Below are positions 61,803 to 64,000 of a stretch of 64,000 nt of DNA, one piece after another (the first letter of the stretch is position 1; every line of letters begins with the position of its first letter). This stretch comes from Thermoguttaceae bacterium (lineage in GTDB: Bacteria; Planctomycetota; Planctomycetia; Pirellulales; Thermoguttaceae). The notes under the pieces were generated by a model. That model made no database searches. It had not been told where the DNA came from and saw only the letters and a program-made list of their open reading frames with translations. The position numbers and the translations under genes were made by a program. The stretch is taken from NCBI GenBank assembly GCA_025060325.1, contig JANXBW010000014.1, forward strand, positions 13,860 to 77,859. Direction: 5' to 3'.

Positions 61803-62176
61803 AGCGCTAAGCCACGAAGATCTTTGCTAGCCCCCCGCTCGTGCAGAACTGCCATGCTACAACGCCCCCTTAAAGCGGTAACTGTCCGTGTGACTCTGGG
61901 GCAACGATGTCTCTCAGCGCTTTATTTACGTTAAGTTTTCCATCGCACGAAGTTTTCCATCGCACGCGGGTCACTTTCTTTGCCGCGGCGACTTCGTCCC
62001 ACCCATAGCCTGCTGCCTGTGCCCATTTGCCCGCGCCGGACGTTTCATTCTCAACCCGCCGCGCAGGCTTCCACTGTTGCCTACGTGGCTTTGCGAACAT
62101 GTCCCCCGCGAGACCGCCGCCGGGTCGCAGGGCCGGGCTTTTACGCATGAAAGTGGCCCAAACGCCCAAAAGCTTA

Positions 62177-64000
62177 CTAGAGGCGGGCCGTTTGTCGGCG
62201 GAATCGTAACCGGACCAACTCGGCAATTGTGTTGACAATCGATGTCATCACAAACAGGCACAGCGCCGCCAGGAATAACATCCGAAAGTGAGTACTCCCT
62301 TGGACAGCTTCCGGCAACTCTACGGCAATATTGGCCGAGAGGGTGCGGAAGCCATTGAACGGATTCCATTCCAAGATGGGTGTGTTACCGGCGGCCATAA
62401 GGACGATCATCGTCTCGCCGGCGGCCCGGCCCAGCCCCACCATGGCGGCGGAAAACAGCCCACTCATGGCCGCCGGGATCACCACGCGAAATGCCGTCTG
62501 CCAAGGTGTCGCCCCTGCTCCCAGCGAAGCCGCCCGCAGTTCCTGTGGCACCGCAGAAAGTGCGTCCTCCGCCAGCGTGAAGATTATGGGAATGATGGCA
62601 AAACCCATGATGATCCCAACGATCAGGGCGTTGCGCTGGACATAGGAGCCAAGCAGATTCCCACGCGGATCGCCGAAGACAACCTCGGAGATACTCGCCG
62701 CCATCATAGCCAGGAGACAAACGATCACTACCGCGGCCGCTAATTGGGCAAGCCGCACTAAGTTGGCGATCCACGGAGAGCGAGTGCGAAGCCGAAGGTA
62801 AACAGCCGGGGCGACCCATCGGCAGTGAACCCAAGCAATCAGAAGGGACGTAGCTGGTAGCCAGAGAAGGACCCAGCCACCCCAGCCGCTCCCCTCCCCC
62901 CGGCTTAGCCAATGCTTGATGTCCCCGGCGAACAACACTTTTTCCGCTATCGGCCCGATCTGCCAGGCAGCCCACGCCCCTACGCCAATTGCGCCCGTTA
63001 TGCCCACTGTCCGCAGATAGCCGTTAGCCCTCACCCGATATGGCAAGAGCTCCCACAGCATTCCGCCTAAAAGGAGGGCTATCGGCAAAGTGCCAAACAG
63101 ACACAGGACCTGAGGCACAGCTTTCTCCACAAGGGGAGCTACCACAAAGGCGGCCACAAACCCCAAAACCACACTGGGAAGGCTTGCCATCATTTCCACA
63201 ACTGGCTTCACACGGGCCCGGACGTTGGGGTGGAGGAATTCGCTTGTGTAGATCGCCCCCAGCAAAGCTAACGGCAAGCCAAAAAGGAGCGAATAAAACG
63301 TGGCCTTTAACGTACCAAACACAAGCGGCACAAGGCTGTATTTCGGTTCAAAATCGTCTGTCCCACCGGTCGATTGCCACACGAAAGCCGGGCGGCTATA
63401 ACCTTCATACCATACCGGTGTCCAGATGCTTCGCCAGCTGACCTCGGGATGGGCGACGTTGAGACCAGCCACTTCCAGCCCTGTGGACGTGACCAAAAGG
63501 AGATGGTCGTCTCGCGGGGCAAACGCGATGCTACCGACCAGTCCGCCACTTGGCCGAAACCACCGGACCACCAACCGTTCGCTTGTGGCATAGAAAACCT
63601 CAACATGTCCGTCCTCATAACAGCTGGCAAAAAGGCGTGAGCGCTGCGCCGATCCTAGCGCTGTGACCGAGCCCCCACCGCCCTGGAAGATATGGCCCGC
63701 CACCAACCGGCGGCGATCCGCCGTCTGACTTTCCTCGTCCGGCACAAGGAACCATCCCGAGAGCATCCCCCCGCGATGGGCCAAAAACAGCGTATTCCTC
63801 CCCAAAAGAAAGCTTGCCTGAGTGATTTGCCCTAACTCTCTCCCAGTGAAAATCCCGACCTGAACAAGCTTGGGCTCGCTGGGCACTGCAAGGTCGTAGC
63901 GATAGAATTGGCCGCTTGGCCAGATAAGCAAGGCACAATCGCCCTGGCCAAAAAGAAGTAACCAGCGGGGCAGGCCAATCTCCTCCAGTTTGTCCACAGC
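62177..64000 (-). CDS. pstC: Phosphate ABC transporter permease PstC (long form), 5' end outside window
   Basis: The permease core carries the PstC-type motif GRAAGETMIVLMAAGN. The ORF is open to the window edge. The N-terminal part seen here is soluble and looks beta-rich and repeat-like. Confidence 0.8.
   Translation of the reverse strand, partial: AVDKLEEIGLPRWLLLFGQGDCALLIWPSGQFYRYDLAVPSEPKLVQVGIFTGRELGQITQASFLLGRNTLFLAHRGGMLSGWFLVPDEESQTADRRRLVAGHIFQGGGGSVTALGSAQRSRLFASCYEDGHVEVFYATSERLVVRWFRPSGGLVGSIAFAPRDDHLLLVTSTGLEVAGLNVAHPEVSWRSIWTPVWYEGYSRPAFVWQSTGGTDDFEPKYSLVPLVFGTLKATFYSLLFGLPLALLGAIYTSEFLHPNVRARVKPVVEMMASLPSVVLGFVAAFVVAPLVEKAVPQVLCLFGTLPIALLLGGMLWELLPYRVRANGYLRTVGITGAIGVGAWAAWQIGPIAEKVLFAGDIKHWLSRGEGSGWGGWVLLWLPATSLLIAWVHCRWVAPAVYLRLRTRSPWIANLVRLAQLAAAVVIVCLLAMMAASISEVVFGDPRGNLLGSYVQRNALIVGIIMGFAIIPIIFTLAEDALSAVPQELRAASLGAGATPWQTAFRVVIPAAMSGLFSAAMVGLGRAAGETMIVLMAAGNTPILEWNPFNGFRTLSANIAVELPEAVQGSTHFRMLFLAALCLFVMTSIVNTIAELVRLRFRRQTARL

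Noticed and set aside
62385-62975. 196-aa alternative-frame ORF on the minus strand
   Set aside because: It lies in an alternative frame inside pstC, whose own frame carries the conserved permease motifs.

Overview
GC-rich bacterial chromosomal segment with a Planctomycetota-like gene repertoire: an adjacent DUF1549/DUF1553 plus DUF1501 gene pair, Tat/signal-peptide glycoside hydrolases, long-form PstC/PstA and long intergenic spacers. I call 36 protein-coding genes. Housekeeping genes are infA, uppP, acnA, ald, rnr, uvrB and pstCAB. Glycan catabolism is represented by GH127, GH10, GH20, a DUF4965 glutaminase-like protein, ThuA and amidohydrolases. There are also two tandem bacteriohemerythrins and several secreted proteins of unknown function. 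I found no tRNA, rRNA, intact mobile element, canonical CRISPR-Cas locus or recognisable defence operon. Called CDSs sum to only about 46 kb of 64 kb (hand sum), leaving many ORF-free gaps of 0.5-2.2 kb. The observations most worth follow-up lie in those gaps. (1) A degenerate 32-nt repeat with about 60-nt period and CRISPR-like geometry at 39584-39736, inside a 1.9-kb ORF-free region. (2) A frameshifted tyrosine-recombinase pseudogene at about 30444-31250, inside a 2.2-kb ORF-free region, suggesting a decayed integrated element. (3) Hairpin-rich ORF-free regions at 9491-10170 and 28188-29184 that may encode structured RNAs. I cannot show that any of these is a new biological system. All functional calls rest on motif recognition by eye, with no database search.
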